NCBI GenBank assembly: GCA_964247055.1
Contig: OZ176053.1
Span: 12,152,001 to 12,216,000 of the forward strand
Origin: Paragordius varius
Taxonomy: Eukaryota; Animalia; Nematomorpha
Length of the DNA: 64,000 nucleotides
Direction of reading: 5' to 3'
Shown here: piece by piece, positions 50,245 through 64,000 of the stretch
Layout: every line of letters starts with the position of its first letter
Numbering within the stretch: position 1 is the first letter of the stretch
Notes under the pieces: model-generated
What the model saw: the letters and a program-made list of their open reading frames with translations, nothing else
What the model was told of the DNA's origin: nothing
Database searches by the model: none
Program-made: the position numbers and the translations under genes

Positions 50245-53200
50245 CTAAACTTTGTTCAGTTCATTATTCTTTTGAGATCTCCAGGCATGGAAACACCTCT
50301 TAAACATTTGCGATTCGAGTCCCTTAACAACTATACAAATTTCTCTTTTCTTTGCAGTAGTACCAGATGATAATGATAATGAAGATGAGACGACCTGTTG
50401 TTGATTATTAGGCTTGGCGGCGCTGTTATAGAATTCTTGCAAAACTTGTAAACTTTTAAGCGTGTACCTCAGTTCAAGTTCACTACTTTGCCCACCAATC
50501 CATGTGAATAAGCGAGAGCCATCATCCAAAACCATAACGTCTTCGTCACACAAATCGGCTTGACAAAAATCCGGACTCCGTTCAACGATCCGGAAGTAGC
50601 CTTGATCATTGGAGCATCGAAACAAACGGAGGTGAGTAACGTATTCCCACTCCTTATCCACATTCAAAAAGGTGACACGATTTAAGGAGGATGGACACTC
50701 GGAAAATATTCCCTCTAACGGGAGTGTTAAAAATTCAGTCTCTGAATAAACGCCAATCTCATAGGCGGGACCAAAGGATTGAGCCATGGTTTGGCTAATC
50801 GTTTGATCTTCGCTTGAGCTAAAACACCCGTGCCATACATAAATTTTACGTTGGGTAGGATTCACAAACAGATAACAATAAGCAGACCCTATAATGTGAG
50901 ATTCCCATTCAATTTCAATGCACCGCGTGTAAAAAGCCGTATTATTATTCGTTCGCACTTGAAAAACTGACCAGTCAGAAGTGCTATTTGATGCTGGGCA
51001 TCGTGGCAATGAAAGAGAACGCCTAGATCCCCGATGTATGATAAAACAACGGTGAAACAGGCTTAAAAATTTTGGAGTTTCTTGTTGTTGAAGTTCTTTA
51101 CATATTTTAAGGGCCTCCTTCTTCTGCGCAAACAATTGTTCAAACGTTTTAGCCATCCCAAAGGTAAAAATTAACCAACCCAAATTACTTGCGTCTCGAC
51201 CTTGCCAAAAATAAACTATGGAGTAGGGCTCATTCACATTTTCTGTATCATTGGCCGGGCAATTTTTCACTTCCGCGCTCCTATTATCATTTGTATGATT
51301 GTTGGACGTTTGTACATGATCATCGTTATTACCTGCGTTTCGATAATTGCATATAAAAGCGTAACAAGATTCACTGAAAAAATGGCCAAACTCCTCTTCA
51401 GGCAATTTAACAAAGGATTTATTGTGTAGGACAAATGCTTGTAACGGTTTATCCGTACCATCCATTTCTGCATTCCATTCGTTCATGAGTTCAATCGCAG
51501 CTTCGTAGGGAATCGGATCTTGCTTCGGTCTAAATAAAGCTTCTATGTCTGGTTCTTGATTAAGCGTAGTATTGTTAGCTAATATGCTATTACACTCATC
51601 TTGATGATAATTTTTTCTTCCAGATTCAACTACACCGTTTTCTTTGTTCGGAGTTTGTTTACCAATGGTGGCGATACCAGCAGCATCAGGTAATACTGAT
51701 GTTTCGCGACTCTTACAAGATAGTATTTGGCTATGATCTACGCGTATAACATCATTCCAACCGCTAAAACTTGTTTTAAACATGAGATCCTCATGGCCTT
51801 CAAACAAATGACAAATGTCATGTATGTAGGATGGTCGCTTGCGATACTTGTATACCAATGATGTAGCGAGCTTATAAGCCGCTGTACGGAGTAAACGATT
51901 AGCTTGTAAACCTATCCAAACGTAGACATCGAATCCGTTTCGATCCAAAATGTAAACTTGATTACTCTTGAGGTAGGATTTGTTTAAACCGCCGGCCACC
52001 ATATATTTAGGGGTTTTAACTTGCGTTATTTCAAGGAAACCGATGCCCAAACTTACATGGTACAAGTGATTACCATGTTTAATATTGTTGTTTGTTGTCG
52101 GAACAATCTCATTCATTTCAGGTATGATGTGTGCAGCACTCTTTTCAAAATAACTTAAAAACCTCTTTGCATGTTCGCTGCCTTTGTCTTTTGCTTCATG
52201 GATGACTTGTAGGACGCAATTGTCTACAATCTTTTTGCGTTCAACATTTATCATCTTTTCAACCAAGAGACGTGATTTAAGGAAATGGACGGAAGATACC
52301 TTCTCCCCTTTCCAAAGGTATATTAGTTGAGGTTCTGCATCAAGAATTAAAATGCCGCTACTATGGATCATTGAATCGACCAATGGGACCGGTTCAGTAA
52401 GAAGTGTATTTCCAACAAAAGAGCATTCATATAATCTGGGAGCATGTTGTTTGGGTGGTATAGTAAAGAATCCGGATGCCGTTCTAGATCCCGCCACGTA
52501 TTTTAATCCTAAAACCATATATAAATATATAATCTTCTAATTTTAATAAAAATGTATGATTACACGGTTAATTTAACAAAAAAAATACATATTCTAAACT
52601 TCAATAAATCAGTTTAACGAAAAAAGATTCATTTAAACTAAATTTTTTAGTTTCTTAAATTTTACTAGCTAAAAATTAGTTACGCAGTCAAATTCCTACC
52701 TGACATGATACGTGGTTGATGTTTGTCGTTATGTATGTTATTGGTATCATCAAAGTGTTCAGAATTTCCGCAATCGCCATTTTGCGTGAAAAGTTGAATA
52801 AAAGCTTCGCTCTCCTCTCCCTGTTCTTCTCGTTGGGTCCGCGCCGCGTGTGGGGACCTCAAATAATTTCTCAAGTTTACAGAATGCATAGCGGCACAAG
52901 CTTGTTTATCAAGTGAAGCATGCTTCCCAATCCAATAGTAGATGTTCCATCTCAACAAACTATTGTAATTAGCATTGTTAGTGTCATGATGTCCGACTAA
53001 ACCATCAAATCTATCATCATTGTTGCCATCATAATACGTGGTGTGAAGGATGAGATAACAATCTGAATCATAGAATATGCCATATAGACTTGAATCAACT
53101 TGAACTGGAACAAAATTTTCGATTTCCCAACAGACGATACCAGGAACACTCCCGACTGAACTATCAAAATACAAACTGTAATCTAATTCTTCGGCACCAC

Positions 53201-54596
53201 TGTTTCCAACCCCCAAAACTGTTTCTGTATCATCGTAATCCCAAGAGGAACTTTTGCGTGCATTCTTGGAATTAATCGTAGATTTAGTTTCATTTTCTCC
53301 AATTTTGGTGATCGATTGCAAAGGTATCATCAAATCACGATCCTCATTAATGGCATAGGGTAGTTCATGAGTATGATGGGGTTGATCATCTGTCTTAGGT
53401 TTATGGTATTTTGGCAGCTTCGAAAGTTGATATTTAAGCGAGAATATTGGATCCTCGGTGGCCAAAGTTGGCATCAGAGATTTATTATCGTCTTTTGGCA
53501 GGAGAGTAGAAGAGTTGTTGTGACATTCCAAATGAGAATGGTCAATTTGAGATGATTGCGAGATGGTGTTGTTGTTAAAACGAATATCGTTTAAAACTGG
53601 ACAAGAATAAAGGTTTTCAGGAATTTGGCGCATGTCTGGGTTATCAGTTAGCGAGATGACTTTCAAACACACCATTTGGCTAAACAGCGCTGTGTGGTGA
53701 AAAGAATCGCCCGTCAACAAATTATCATCCAAGTACATGCGGGTGAGGCTCGTTATGTGAAACAAGGAACTGGTTAAATTCCGTATTTTGTTGGAACGCA
53801 AATTAAGGACCTTAAGGCGTTTCCAATTATCAATTTTAGTCGATATTAGGGTAATATGATTTTGAGCTAAATCAACTCGTTCAAGGTTTGTAATATCGAA
53901 AAATTGGTCAGGTATGAAAGTCAAAGCATTATTTGATAAATTTAATTCGGTTAAATTAGTTAAACGAATAAGGTCAGTAGGGAAATTCGTAGATGTTCGG
54001 CCCGTGTTGGACGCCTCTAATTTTCTGAGGCTGATGAGATGCGGTAAAAATTTAAATGAATCTTTTTGTAGTGGATTATTGGATAATATCAATGTTTTTA
54101 GGCATTTGCATTTTTTCAATGTAATGGGTATTAATTCCAAATTATTGTCAGATAAATTAAGATATGTTAATTCGCGAAGATGATTAAATATTGTGGGATT
54201 AATTTGGTTAATCGAGTTGTGAGATAGATTTAGAATTTGTAAAGTCGAATTAATAATATGTATGGGTATTTGTGTCAATTTGTTAAAACTTAAATCCAAA
54301 ACGCATAACTCTTCTGACTCGAATAATGAATTATCGATATCGTCTTTAATATTATTTTTCTTTAAATTTATATACCGTAGATTGGGATTTAGTTTTTGAG
54401 GAATAGATTCTAAATTATTATCCTGTAAGTAGAGTGAGTCAAGATTCTTTTGATTCGAGAAATCAGGAAAAGCCGATAATTTGATATTGTTCGCTTTCAG
54501 CCAGACAAGTCCATTAAGATTTTTTAAAACATAATTTAAAGAATTGCTATCATTATTGGATATGTCCAAACCCTTTAAGAATGGAAGTATATCCAT
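50245..54596 (-). CDS. FLII: Flightless-I (LRR + gelsolin repeats), 2 exons (54596-52700, 52508-50245), ~1386 aa
   Basis: N-terminus MDILPFLKGLDISNND, tandem LRRs, then WEIENFVPV, FYDSDCY, IYYWIG, TQREEQGEESEAF, TASGFF, FFSESCY, VYFWQGRDASNLGW and FCQADLCDEDVMVLD. The single 191-nt intron is in phase (G|gtagga...ttttag|GA). Confidence 0.95.
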
Positions 54597-55038
54597 AAAA
54601 AGGGCCCTTAAAAATGGATAAAAAACATGTTGTAACGACTATAAAAATGTGAAAGACTGTTTTATTTAATAATATGTTTAAAATATGAAACAAAATAAAT
54701 ATACGATTGCGATCTTTTCACTTTTTTAGTGGCGATGACTATTGGGGGCTTTAAATTCGAGAGCTCAGTTTCTTTGAAAACTATTTTGGTAATTTTAATT
54801 ATCAAACATTTTTTCCTGTATATAAAACAGATATTTTCAGTTTTGTAATTTCTAGAGATCAATTCGGACACCTCCAAAAAACAAGTGCTAAACAGCTTAT
54901 TTAAAATCAATAAATATCAAGTTTTTACTATTAAAGTGCAATGGGAGCTTACTAAAGTTAATTGTTTACATTTTCTAACCATAATAATATAAAATTATTT
55001 GTCTATCGTATTAAAATGGCGGAAAATTTCGATTTTAA

Positions 55039-55619
55039 CACTTGGATACAAAACACTCATATTAGTCCTTCGATTCAAATTGGGGTAGTTGGATACCCCA
55101 GGCCTGTTTAAAGTCGAATACTTTAAAAAGTATGGAAGGAATAGGAAACCATGGCAAAATTTTGCACTTAAATAACATTAATAAACCGAAATATATAAAA
55201 ATATTTATTCGAAAATACTTGATATTACTTATTATAAGCTAAAACCAAGGGGTAAAATTTGGTCAACGTGACATGAGTCAAATTCTAAAATTAAGATGTA
55301 ATACAAAATAAACCGCTTTTTCTATTTCTATTGATGTTAGATGTTATTATATAAAAAATTAGCTTTAGTTTTACCCTTAAAATTAAATGAAGACGATATT
55401 TTGCAAAAATTTTGTAAAATAAAAATGGCGTCGAAGTAGTTTGAGATGGAACTTTTTTTTCAAAACAAAATTTTATCAAGATATTTTGGCACATTTATAT
55501 AATTTTCATTAAGTTAGAAGCATAAATTTAAATTGGGGCCGTTTCCTTCAGTAGTTTTTTTAATATATTAATTTAAATTTAGTCTGGGGTATTTAGATAC
55601 CCCAATTCGAATCGAAGTG
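55039..55619 (-). mobile_element. TTAA-flanked piggyBac-like MITE, copy 3 (inverted)
   Basis: Reverse complement of the 14550/15127 units. TTAA at 55035-55038 and 55620-55623. Confidence 0.75.
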
Positions 55620-58480
55620 TTAATAAGTTAGTAAATTATCAAAAAATATTGGATTATGAGCCTAAAAGCCTAAGGAAAACTTATTTTTAATAGGCCTTAT
55701 ACCCTAACTTTGTGGATATTCGAATTTCAACTGGTTCTAGGATATAAAACTACCCAACATTGACTATTAATAAAGAAAATAAAAGTTATATCTGAGATTG
55801 AAAATTATATATTTTTAAAATTGCAAAATAAGTAATAAAAATAACGAAATACAATAATGATAATTTTATATATATAACTAAAATTGTAGGAAGTACCAGA
55901 AAGCATATATTATGTAAAATAATTTTCTAACTTTCATGCTGTAAAGATCGCAGTGATCACAAGAACAATTCGTAATGTAATATATATTCTAATAGGATTG
56001 TATCAAGATTTTAACAAAATATTCCGAATTTGCCGTCGGCGCTAATAATTATTGATATTTGTGTAGAAAACTTAAACAACTGCAAAATTTTTAAGCTGTG
56101 ATCGTTATTCACACTCCCCTAATGTAGGTATATGCCTCAGAGCGTCTACCTTAAATATCTACGTAATTTTTAAATATATATTATGACTTCTAGAGTGCCC
56201 CGAGCAGTATCCAAAAAAAAATATTTTTCTCAATAAAGAAGTTGTTTGTTTTTAATTTTTAGTAAACATAATATGTGTTTTTCCTGTAAATTTTAAGAGA
56301 AATTATTTCTTTATCAAAATTCTTAAATGAAAATGTTAATCATTAAATTTTATCGAAATGTGTTTTTATAATCTCTTAAATTTTTCTGACGTATTTAGCA
56401 TGCTCCTTCAAAATACCATAAAATATGATCCTTGAAAATTTTTCTAACATTATTTTTTTTAATAGTATGCATATTTTTTCATGGTTTTATTACCACATTT
56501 TAGAAATTCTTAATGCAAATGAGTCTTTTAAAAAAACTAGCCCTGTGGAGGGGGAAGACATTAGGATCAAGCACCAAATTAAAATTTTATGAAAATATTG
56601 ATTGCCATTTAAACATAGCATTTGATATACGATATTTTTGAAGCATTTAGCGTTTTTTATAATTTATTTAACTTAATGTTGTATAAAGCAACTACTACAA
56701 AAATGTAAATATATTTTTTATAAGTTTTAAAACCAAAAGACCCATGATAATCCTGATATTTATGTTAGAATATATTAAGTAGGTATAGTTTATGCCACCT
56801 GATTTTGTCCGCCTGTGATATATATTTTTTAGTCAAATTTGTGTTATCTGCATCTTTATTTGGGGTTGATACATTGGTTATATTTAAATACCAATGAATA
56901 ATAATTGAATAATTGGATAGTTGTTTTGGAAAAATTTCGTGTTTTTAATTTTATTTTAATATTATAAATTCTATTTATAAAGATCCATTTTGATAGTATA
57001 TATTATAATTAGACCCGGCAACAATATTAACGTTTAATTTACTTAAATTTATGTTAAATATAATTGTCCAAAAAACTTTGCCTCTATTGACATATTTATT
57101 GTTTGAATCAAAAAAGATAATAGCATTTTCTATTTTATCATGCATGTCCTTAAATTAACCATTATATTATATGAAGTTAAATGTATATTACTCTCTTTAT
57201 ATAATCTATCCTTGATTTTGCCCATTTACAAAAATGGTTAAAGTAATCCAAGTATAAAGAAAGGCCATGACAGTATTTTTACAAACTGCTGTTCAATCAC
57301 ACCGTATTCTTGTTAACAAAACATTAAAAAAATTAGGATGCAGGAGTCTTTAAACGATGATTAGCTGTTAATGTTAATGGCCCTCATCAGTATGTAAGTT
57401 TATATTGCTAGAAAATTATTAATTATTGCCAAATAGTAAATACAACAAAGGGCAGATTATTGGCTTACAGTTAATTTCACTTTTTACTATTATTAGCCAA
57501 TTATACTGCCTTTTGTTTTCTTTACTTTTTCGCAATAATTAATAACATGTATACTTATTAACTCCTTCAATTGTCCAATATATTTTTTTAGGTGAACACG
57601 CTGCATATTCTGCCATGTCATTTTCGGCCATTTTTAACAAACTCTATACCCATTCATATAACAGGCATTAAGAAATATTTTATTAGTTCTTAACATATAA
57701 CTGTAAAAAGAAAACACAATATACAATGATTTTTCTAGTTCGTTGCCGATTGAATAGATTTATTTAGATAATTTATTTAATATCAAATTTTTTAAGGGTG
57801 AGCATTGATTTGCATATTATGTTTTCCAAATTTTCGCCGACCGCATGTTGGATACCCCTTATTCAACCCGTAGGCTTCGGTACAAATAATTAATTTTTTA
57901 GGATTAAAGTATTTTAGGACACTTTAGTTCAATGCTTTTTAAAACATTATTTTATAAATATTTCAAATAAACTCCTTGAAATTTTATAATTTTAAAGTAT
58001 TGAATCAGATTTGAGGTTAAGGAAAAACCCATATGCTACCGTGTGGTTAAGGCCTATTATCAACAAAGTAAGTTTTGAAAAAAAAACAACCATCCTTTCC
58101 ATTTAGTTTTGTTTATAATCAATCGAGAACTATAATTTTCATCCATCCTCCCTTTCCAGGGAACTTTAAATCTAAAACTGGGTATATACCTAATAGAAAT
58201 AGTTTTCAAACAACAAGATTCAATTAAACTACGGTTACAAGCAAATGAAAAACAAAAATTTTGATGCTATCCAATATTACACATATGATCGCTTAAAATT
58301 TTGTATGGAAAAGCGAAACAATCTGTGCTTCATTATTCATTACTTACCTTTTTTATAAAATCTTAAATAAACTTCCCCAACATATAATATTTTAGAATTT
58401 TTTGATTAATTAATTAAATTTATTTCATTTTCTATGAATTACATATAAATGATAGATTAGTTGCACCATACGTTTTTTTT

Positions 58481-59045
58481 TCATTTCGACTGGCCATTTC
58501 GTTTCAATGGTGCTGCTGATAATACATCTTTCTTCAAATTAAACTTTTTCTTTCTATACTATAAAATAGATTTATATTATATGTGAAAAGTCTTACAGGA
58601 ATGGGTTGAGTATCGCAATCCTCACTACCTTCCGGACATGTATTGTAATAATTGCAATCTGGGTTATTTACGCTACCAGCACAACGATCTAATTTGAAAT
58701 TATACGGACAAAACGTTAAAAACATAAAGATAAATATTGGTTTCAAAAGATTGCTGTATTTTTTAAACACGATTTGTATTATATAACTGGTTGTTGTTTT
58801 AATTTGCAAAATATGAAATGGAGATAATTAGTAACACTCTCAATCGTATATATATAAAAGAAAAACCGTAATCAAATAATTAATATAGGTAGATTAAAAG
58901 TTTAAAAAAATATAGTTGTTTTTTGTAAAAAATACCATAATTTTTCTTGTAATTACCGCATCATAATACCTGAATAAAGGAAACTTCTGGAATAACCAGC
59001 AAAGCCCATCAAACATATCAAGAAAAGAATTATGTAATTAGCCAT
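58481..59045 (-). CDS. Small secreted four-cysteine peptide precursor, 3 exons, 72 aa
   Basis: Exons 59045-58970, 58688-58597 and 58531-58481 join in frame to give MANYIILFLICLMGFAGYSRSFLYSDRCAGSVNNPDCNYYNTCPEGSEDCDTQPIPKDVLSAAPLKRNGQSK. Hydrophobic signal-like N-terminus. Confidence 0.65.
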
Positions 59046-59812
59046 AATTAATTTTGTTGCCGTTGCCAAATCTTCAAGAAAAATTAGTAAATATGGAGAA
59101 TAGATGGAATATATTATATCGTTTATAGAAAATAATGATAACTTAGAATAGTTGTTTAAACAGCAGTTAAATGAAAGCATTATACTTTCTCCAAGAAAGG
59201 TAAAACACTCAATATTAAACCCAATTATTTTAACCAGTTTTCATTTCATATTATTGATTGATTTTGTGAAAAATGTGCAGTTTTTTTACATCTTGCATCT
59301 GATCAAACAGAGAAATTTGTCTAATGTCCTATTTTTTGATTATTTCTTATAAATAATTTAATAAATTTGCCCTTGTCACAAATGATGAAATTAAAATATA
59401 TATTTTAAGTTTCGAAACTGAGAGGGTATAAAACATTTTTAAATAAATATGTTAAAAAATAATAATTATCATCCAAAAAGCACCTTATATCTATTTAAGC
59501 TGTAAATTAGTAAATATTTAGACTTGTGTACCTTAATTCTCACGATCATTACTGGGTAACTGTCAAAATTTAAATTTAGCTTAAATATTAATATAAAAAC
59601 ATAGAACACCATGTAATATTCTATTCTTTTAATTTTGGAACGTTTATCATTAAGTATGTGTGAAATCGCCATATGGCAAAAACAATTTAATTTCACAAAA
59701 ACTCGGGCCAATTATATTAAGTATCCAAACACAAAAATGACTGCATTTGTTTTTTAAAAAAACCACAAATTTATAACTTTTTTGCCAACATTTTTTGTGT
59801 TGTTAAACATTC

Positions 59813-62800
59813 ATGAGATTCTTAAATCAATTCTCAGCATGGGATTACATTGTGCTGGTGTTTGCCTTGCTTATATCGGCTGCCGTGGGGCTCTATTATG
59901 CCCTAACAGGCGGGAAACAGAAAACAACAGAAGAAATTTTTTTGGGTGATCGAAAAATGAAGGCACTTCCGGTGGCCGCCTCCTTGCTGGCAAGTTTTAT
60001 GTCAGCTGTAACACTTTTGGGTTTGGCGGCTGAAAATTATACGTATGGGTGGGAGTATTGGCAAATTTGTTTATCCTTTATTCTCGTGATTTTTGCGGCA
60101 AATTATTTGTACCTGCCGGTATTTTACCATTTTCAAATGACGTCCACGTTTGAAGTGATTACTCATTTTCTAATTATCATAATATACCAACATTTACTGT
60201 TCAAATTCACCCTTAAACAATTCAAATTCACCCTAAAATAAATGTTTTTAAAATTAAAAGTTACTTATTTTTTATATTAAAAAAGAATTTTTGTCCAAAA
60301 TTAATATATTACTGAAAAAATAATAAATTATGCCATAAGAATATATTTTATACTAATGATGAGTTATATTAGCCCGAAAACACTAAATTTATTTTTAGGG
60401 TGAATTTGATTTGTTCAAGGGATTTGAATTGTAATGGTATATATCCGCGTCAAAATAATTAAATTTATTTTAAACCTAAATTTGCGATTACGCCTAATAA
60501 TATTTGTCAAACGTAAGAAATAAAACATAATAATGATAAAAATAAAAATGAATAGCCGCTTTTGGTTGGCTATACATTATTTTAGAAAACGTTCCAAAAT
60601 TTATTCAAAAAACGGTATAATATAAAAATATAGACTAATTAATTTAAATGTACAACAGCGAAATTGTATAATGTGCCATCTATCCCTGACTGAAAAACTA
60701 AAAATATTAAATTCGTTTTTCGAAACCGTTTAGCACCGGTAACTGAATTGTTTTCGGCAATGTTTCGGTTACAAAACAGTTAGGTGATCGTTTATATCTT
60801 GAGTTCCTTAGCTGGAAAAATTGATTTAAACGCTTTTCTGATTGTAAATGTTCCAATTTTCACTTTTTTTAAGTTAAAAATTTAGACAAGCTTTATATTT
60901 GGAATAAAGACCTGACTTTAACCCAATAACTATCATGGTGGATAAAAATTTGAAATAAATATTTTGGATAGAACAATTTTGATTTTTTTGAATAATACCT
61001 GTTAAAAATTAACCAAAAGGTAATTAAGTGTTAATAATATATAAATCGAAATTGTATTTGCTTTTGTTGCAATAGCCATACTTTTGAATGTAATAAAAAT
61101 AAAAAAAATTTTCGAGCCTGCCAGGATTCGAACCTGGAATCTCCTGATCCGTAGTCAGGCGCGTTATCCATTGCGCCACAGGCCCTTGTTTGCACTTGGT
61201 GAATTTTAAATACAAATAATGATATCGATCCTTATTTATATGCTAGTATTTTGAGAGAAGATACAATAAGCATGTTAGAGTGGCTGGGAGCCTGACTTTT
61301 ATCATTCAAATGGTGTTGTACTTGGCCATAGTGTTGTATGCACCTTCCCTAGCATTAAATGCAGGTAAATATGATTAAATACGTTTGCTAGGCTGCCTTA
61401 AAATAGTGAATGGTAGTAAGTTAAAGCACAGTGCGTGCATTGGCCAAGTGTCCAATACAAATGCGCGCACATTTTTGCATTAAGGAATCCGACGGGCCCC
61501 ATTTGCCAAATACATGGGCAATAATTATGGACTTTAAACATAAAACTTTAAAATACTATATATTTTACCAATTTTCTAATTTTTTGCCAAAATTTGGTTA
61601 GACGCTTTCAAAAATTTGTATAATAAAACAATTTTACTTAAACTTCGTCGAATTTTTTATCTAAAATATCTCGGGGGCGTAAATAAATTAAAGGGTCACG
61701 TGGACACCCCTAGGCTAAACCAATGGTACTTACGTAAAAAAATAAAGTGCCGCAAAAAATATTTATATTGTCTCAAAGGAGGTGACCATATAATACCGAT
61801 AAAAAATTTATGGCTTTATGACACATTCGCATATATTTAACTGAAATACATGCATCCAAAATCATAAAAGAGTCTTTGAGGGCCGTGGTTAAAGTATCAC
61901 TGGGCTAGACTCTTTACTTGATAAATATCCTTAACTCATATTTTCCTTTAGTTACTGGTTTCTCAATCACCGCCTCACTTTTATCGATTGGTATTGTTTG
62001 CACCTTTTACACAACCGTGGTAAATTTTTAATTTATCTATTTTTAAGTTTCAAACAATATATTATATAAATCGGTTCAACTTCATGGTAACTAATAGTTA
62101 ATATACTATTTACAATGAGTTGTGTTTAAATTCCCTCGTTTTTAATGTATAGGGTGGTATGAAAGCAGTTATTTGGACAGATGTTATCCAATGTTTTTTC
62201 ATGTTTGCGGGCATTTTTGCTATCATAGGGATTGGGACGGCCAAAGTTGGGGGTTTTGATGAAGTTTGGCGCCGAGCTGTAAAGGGTGGGCGTATATATT
62301 GGTTCAAGTAATAAGTTTTTTGATGGCATATTATCAGGACATTTATTTTTGAAGCAAAATCTGAACTAAGCGTTTAAAAAATATGCATCTCCTAAAAATT
62401 TATCCTTAAAAAGTTATTTTACAGTAATCTGAAAGATATAAATTACATATCTTTGCATGTCTGAAGCGATGGCCAAATTCCATTTTATTTTTTTATGGCT
62501 TAATTTATTATTAAATTTTTTTTGTAAAATATAGGTAAAACCTTTTCAAATTAAATGCTTGTTCTAATATCAATGTATAAACGATATTAATGATTAAATT
62601 AGTATATAATGAGATGGTTGAAAAACTCTGACATAAAATCATAATTATCTTATATTATTTGTTATAAATACCTAAAAAGGGTTGGGATTAAATAGCTGTT
62701 CCCTTCGAATGACTGCATTTATAAGCGGTTTAACCGGATATTATTACAAATTAATTCCATTGGTACATTTAGTTTGTTAAGTTTTGTTTTGATTAATGAA

Positions 62801-64000
62801 ACGTATATTGAAAATACTTTCAATTTTACAATTTTATTAATTTTTTATCAAAAATATTTTTTAAATTTGTCTGAAAAAATATTCTTTATTTGCAAAAATA
62901 AATGAAATATTTAATTTTTGCTATTATGTTAGTTACAACCCCAACCCTTTTATTCGCCACACATTTTGGACAATCATAGTTGGCGGTTTCTTTATGTGGC
63001 TTTCAATATTTGGCGTAAATCAAACTCAAGTCCAGCGGTGTCTCAGCTGTCCTACATTGAAAGTTGCCAAAAAGTTTTAAATATTTTATAAAATTATTTT
63101 TCTATTTTTTTAAAAAAGTGAAATTTTAAAAATTATTTGGTCTATATCACCAAACTTCTTAACAGAGTATTTTTATGTATAAAATTTGTGTTAATTTGCT
63201 TTTTTAGCGCAATGCTATATAATTTGCCCGGACTAATTTTACTCATGACGGTGTGCAGTCTATCAGGTTTGGTTGTTTATGCCCTTTACTATAAATGTGA
63301 CCCTTACTCTGCAAAATACATTACAAGCTCTGATCAAGTATTTTGTTTTATTTGATTTCTAAACCGCGAAAAAATAAAAAAGATTTATACATTTCCATTT
63401 AATAAAAGCTACTTCCCTATGCCGTCATGGATTTAATGAATTATCCTGGTATACCTGGTTTATTTGTGGCTAGCCTTTTTAGCGGATCACTTAGGTATAT
63501 CACATTAATTCGTAAAAAATTTTAAAACTGGTTCATTATTACCTAATATATAATCCTATTGGTTCACTTGTTTGTGTTGATAATATATCTATAAATGGTT
63601 AATTACAAAGGTTTTTTCTTGCTTTTTTCAAATGTTACAATGTATCAGTAAACTTATGTTATTTGGTCCATTTTGAAAAATCAGTTTTTTAAATTAACTT
63701 TTTGTTTCTTAGTACAATGTCGGCTGGCCTGAATTCTTTAGCAGCTGTAGTTATGGAAGACATTATAAAAACTTACCGATCGAAACCTCTGGAATACGGA
63801 GCTTGGTGGTCCAAAGTATTGGCCGCTTTGTTCGGACTTTTGATTGTAGCTCTGAGTTTCCTCACGGCACTCATGGGACCTATATTACAGGTTTATATCT
63901 AGCAAATAGAAAACCGGGATCGAATAATATATTTTCTGGTTTATGAAATAATTTACTTTTTTGTAACTAGGCTGCCCTAACCATATTTGGTATGATTGGT
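59813..64000 (+). CDS. SLC5 sodium:solute symporter (SMCT/NIS/SMVT-like), 3' part beyond window
   Basis: [95 protein letters not shown]. The paralog cannot be assigned by eye. Confidence 0.93.
60183..60441. mobile_element. Foldback MITE, copy in SLC5 intron 1
   Basis: Same family as the 17107 and 40687 copies; shares the internal tactgaaaaaataataaa.tatgccataagaat segment. Confidence 0.75.
61101..61108 (-). terminator. RNA polymerase III oligo-T terminator of the tRNA gene
   Basis: T8 run on the minus strand, 4 nt downstream of the tRNA 3' end. Confidence 0.7.
61113..61185 (-). tRNA. tRNA-Arg (anticodon ACG), intronless, antisense within SLC5 intron 1
   Basis: GGGCCTGTGGCGCAATGGATAACGCGCCTGACTACGGATCAGGAGATTCCAGGTTCGAATCCTGGCAGGCTCG folds as a cloverleaf with ACG anticodon and intact A and B boxes. 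Confidence 0.97.

Noticed and set aside
50469-54183. Several short ORFs overlapping FLII on either strand
   Set aside because: They are alternative-frame or antisense by-products of the long coding exons, with no independent features.
61024-61215. 63-aa minus-strand ORF
   Set aside because: It simply reads through the tRNA-Arg gene.
61427-61435. CACAGTG (RSS heptamer / Transib end), also at ~33637
   Set aside because: No matching opposite end, nonamer or 5-bp target duplication was found.

Overview
Very AT-rich, intron-containing animal (invertebrate-type) genomic DNA; not prokaryotic, and no CRISPR array or rRNA was seen. I hand-spliced about ten protein-coding genes. Conserved genes: MID1IP1/Spot14-family, MSRA, NOP2, angiomotin-like, LETM1, Flightless-I and an SLC5 sodium:solute symporter that runs off the window end. 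Apparently lineage-specific genes: a Thr/Lys-rich mucin-like protein, a secreted protein with eight exon-encoded EGF-like modules plus a catalytically dead trypsin domain, and a 72-aa secreted four-cysteine peptide. There is also an orphan exon near the window start and one tRNA-Arg(ACG) nested in an intron. Introns and intergenic DNA hold a decayed RTE LINE, a decayed Mos1-like mariner, non-autonomous Helitrons, TTAA-flanked piggyBac-like MITEs (including a tandem dimer), hAT-like MITEs and foldback MITEs. The most notable points are the EGF/pseudo-protease architecture, the small secreted peptide, very degenerate 5' splice sites, a nearly intronless Flightless-I, a hidden PPxY micro-exon in the angiomotin-like gene, and possible 24-33 nt introns in NOP2. 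All exon structures are manual, phase-checked predictions without transcript or database support.
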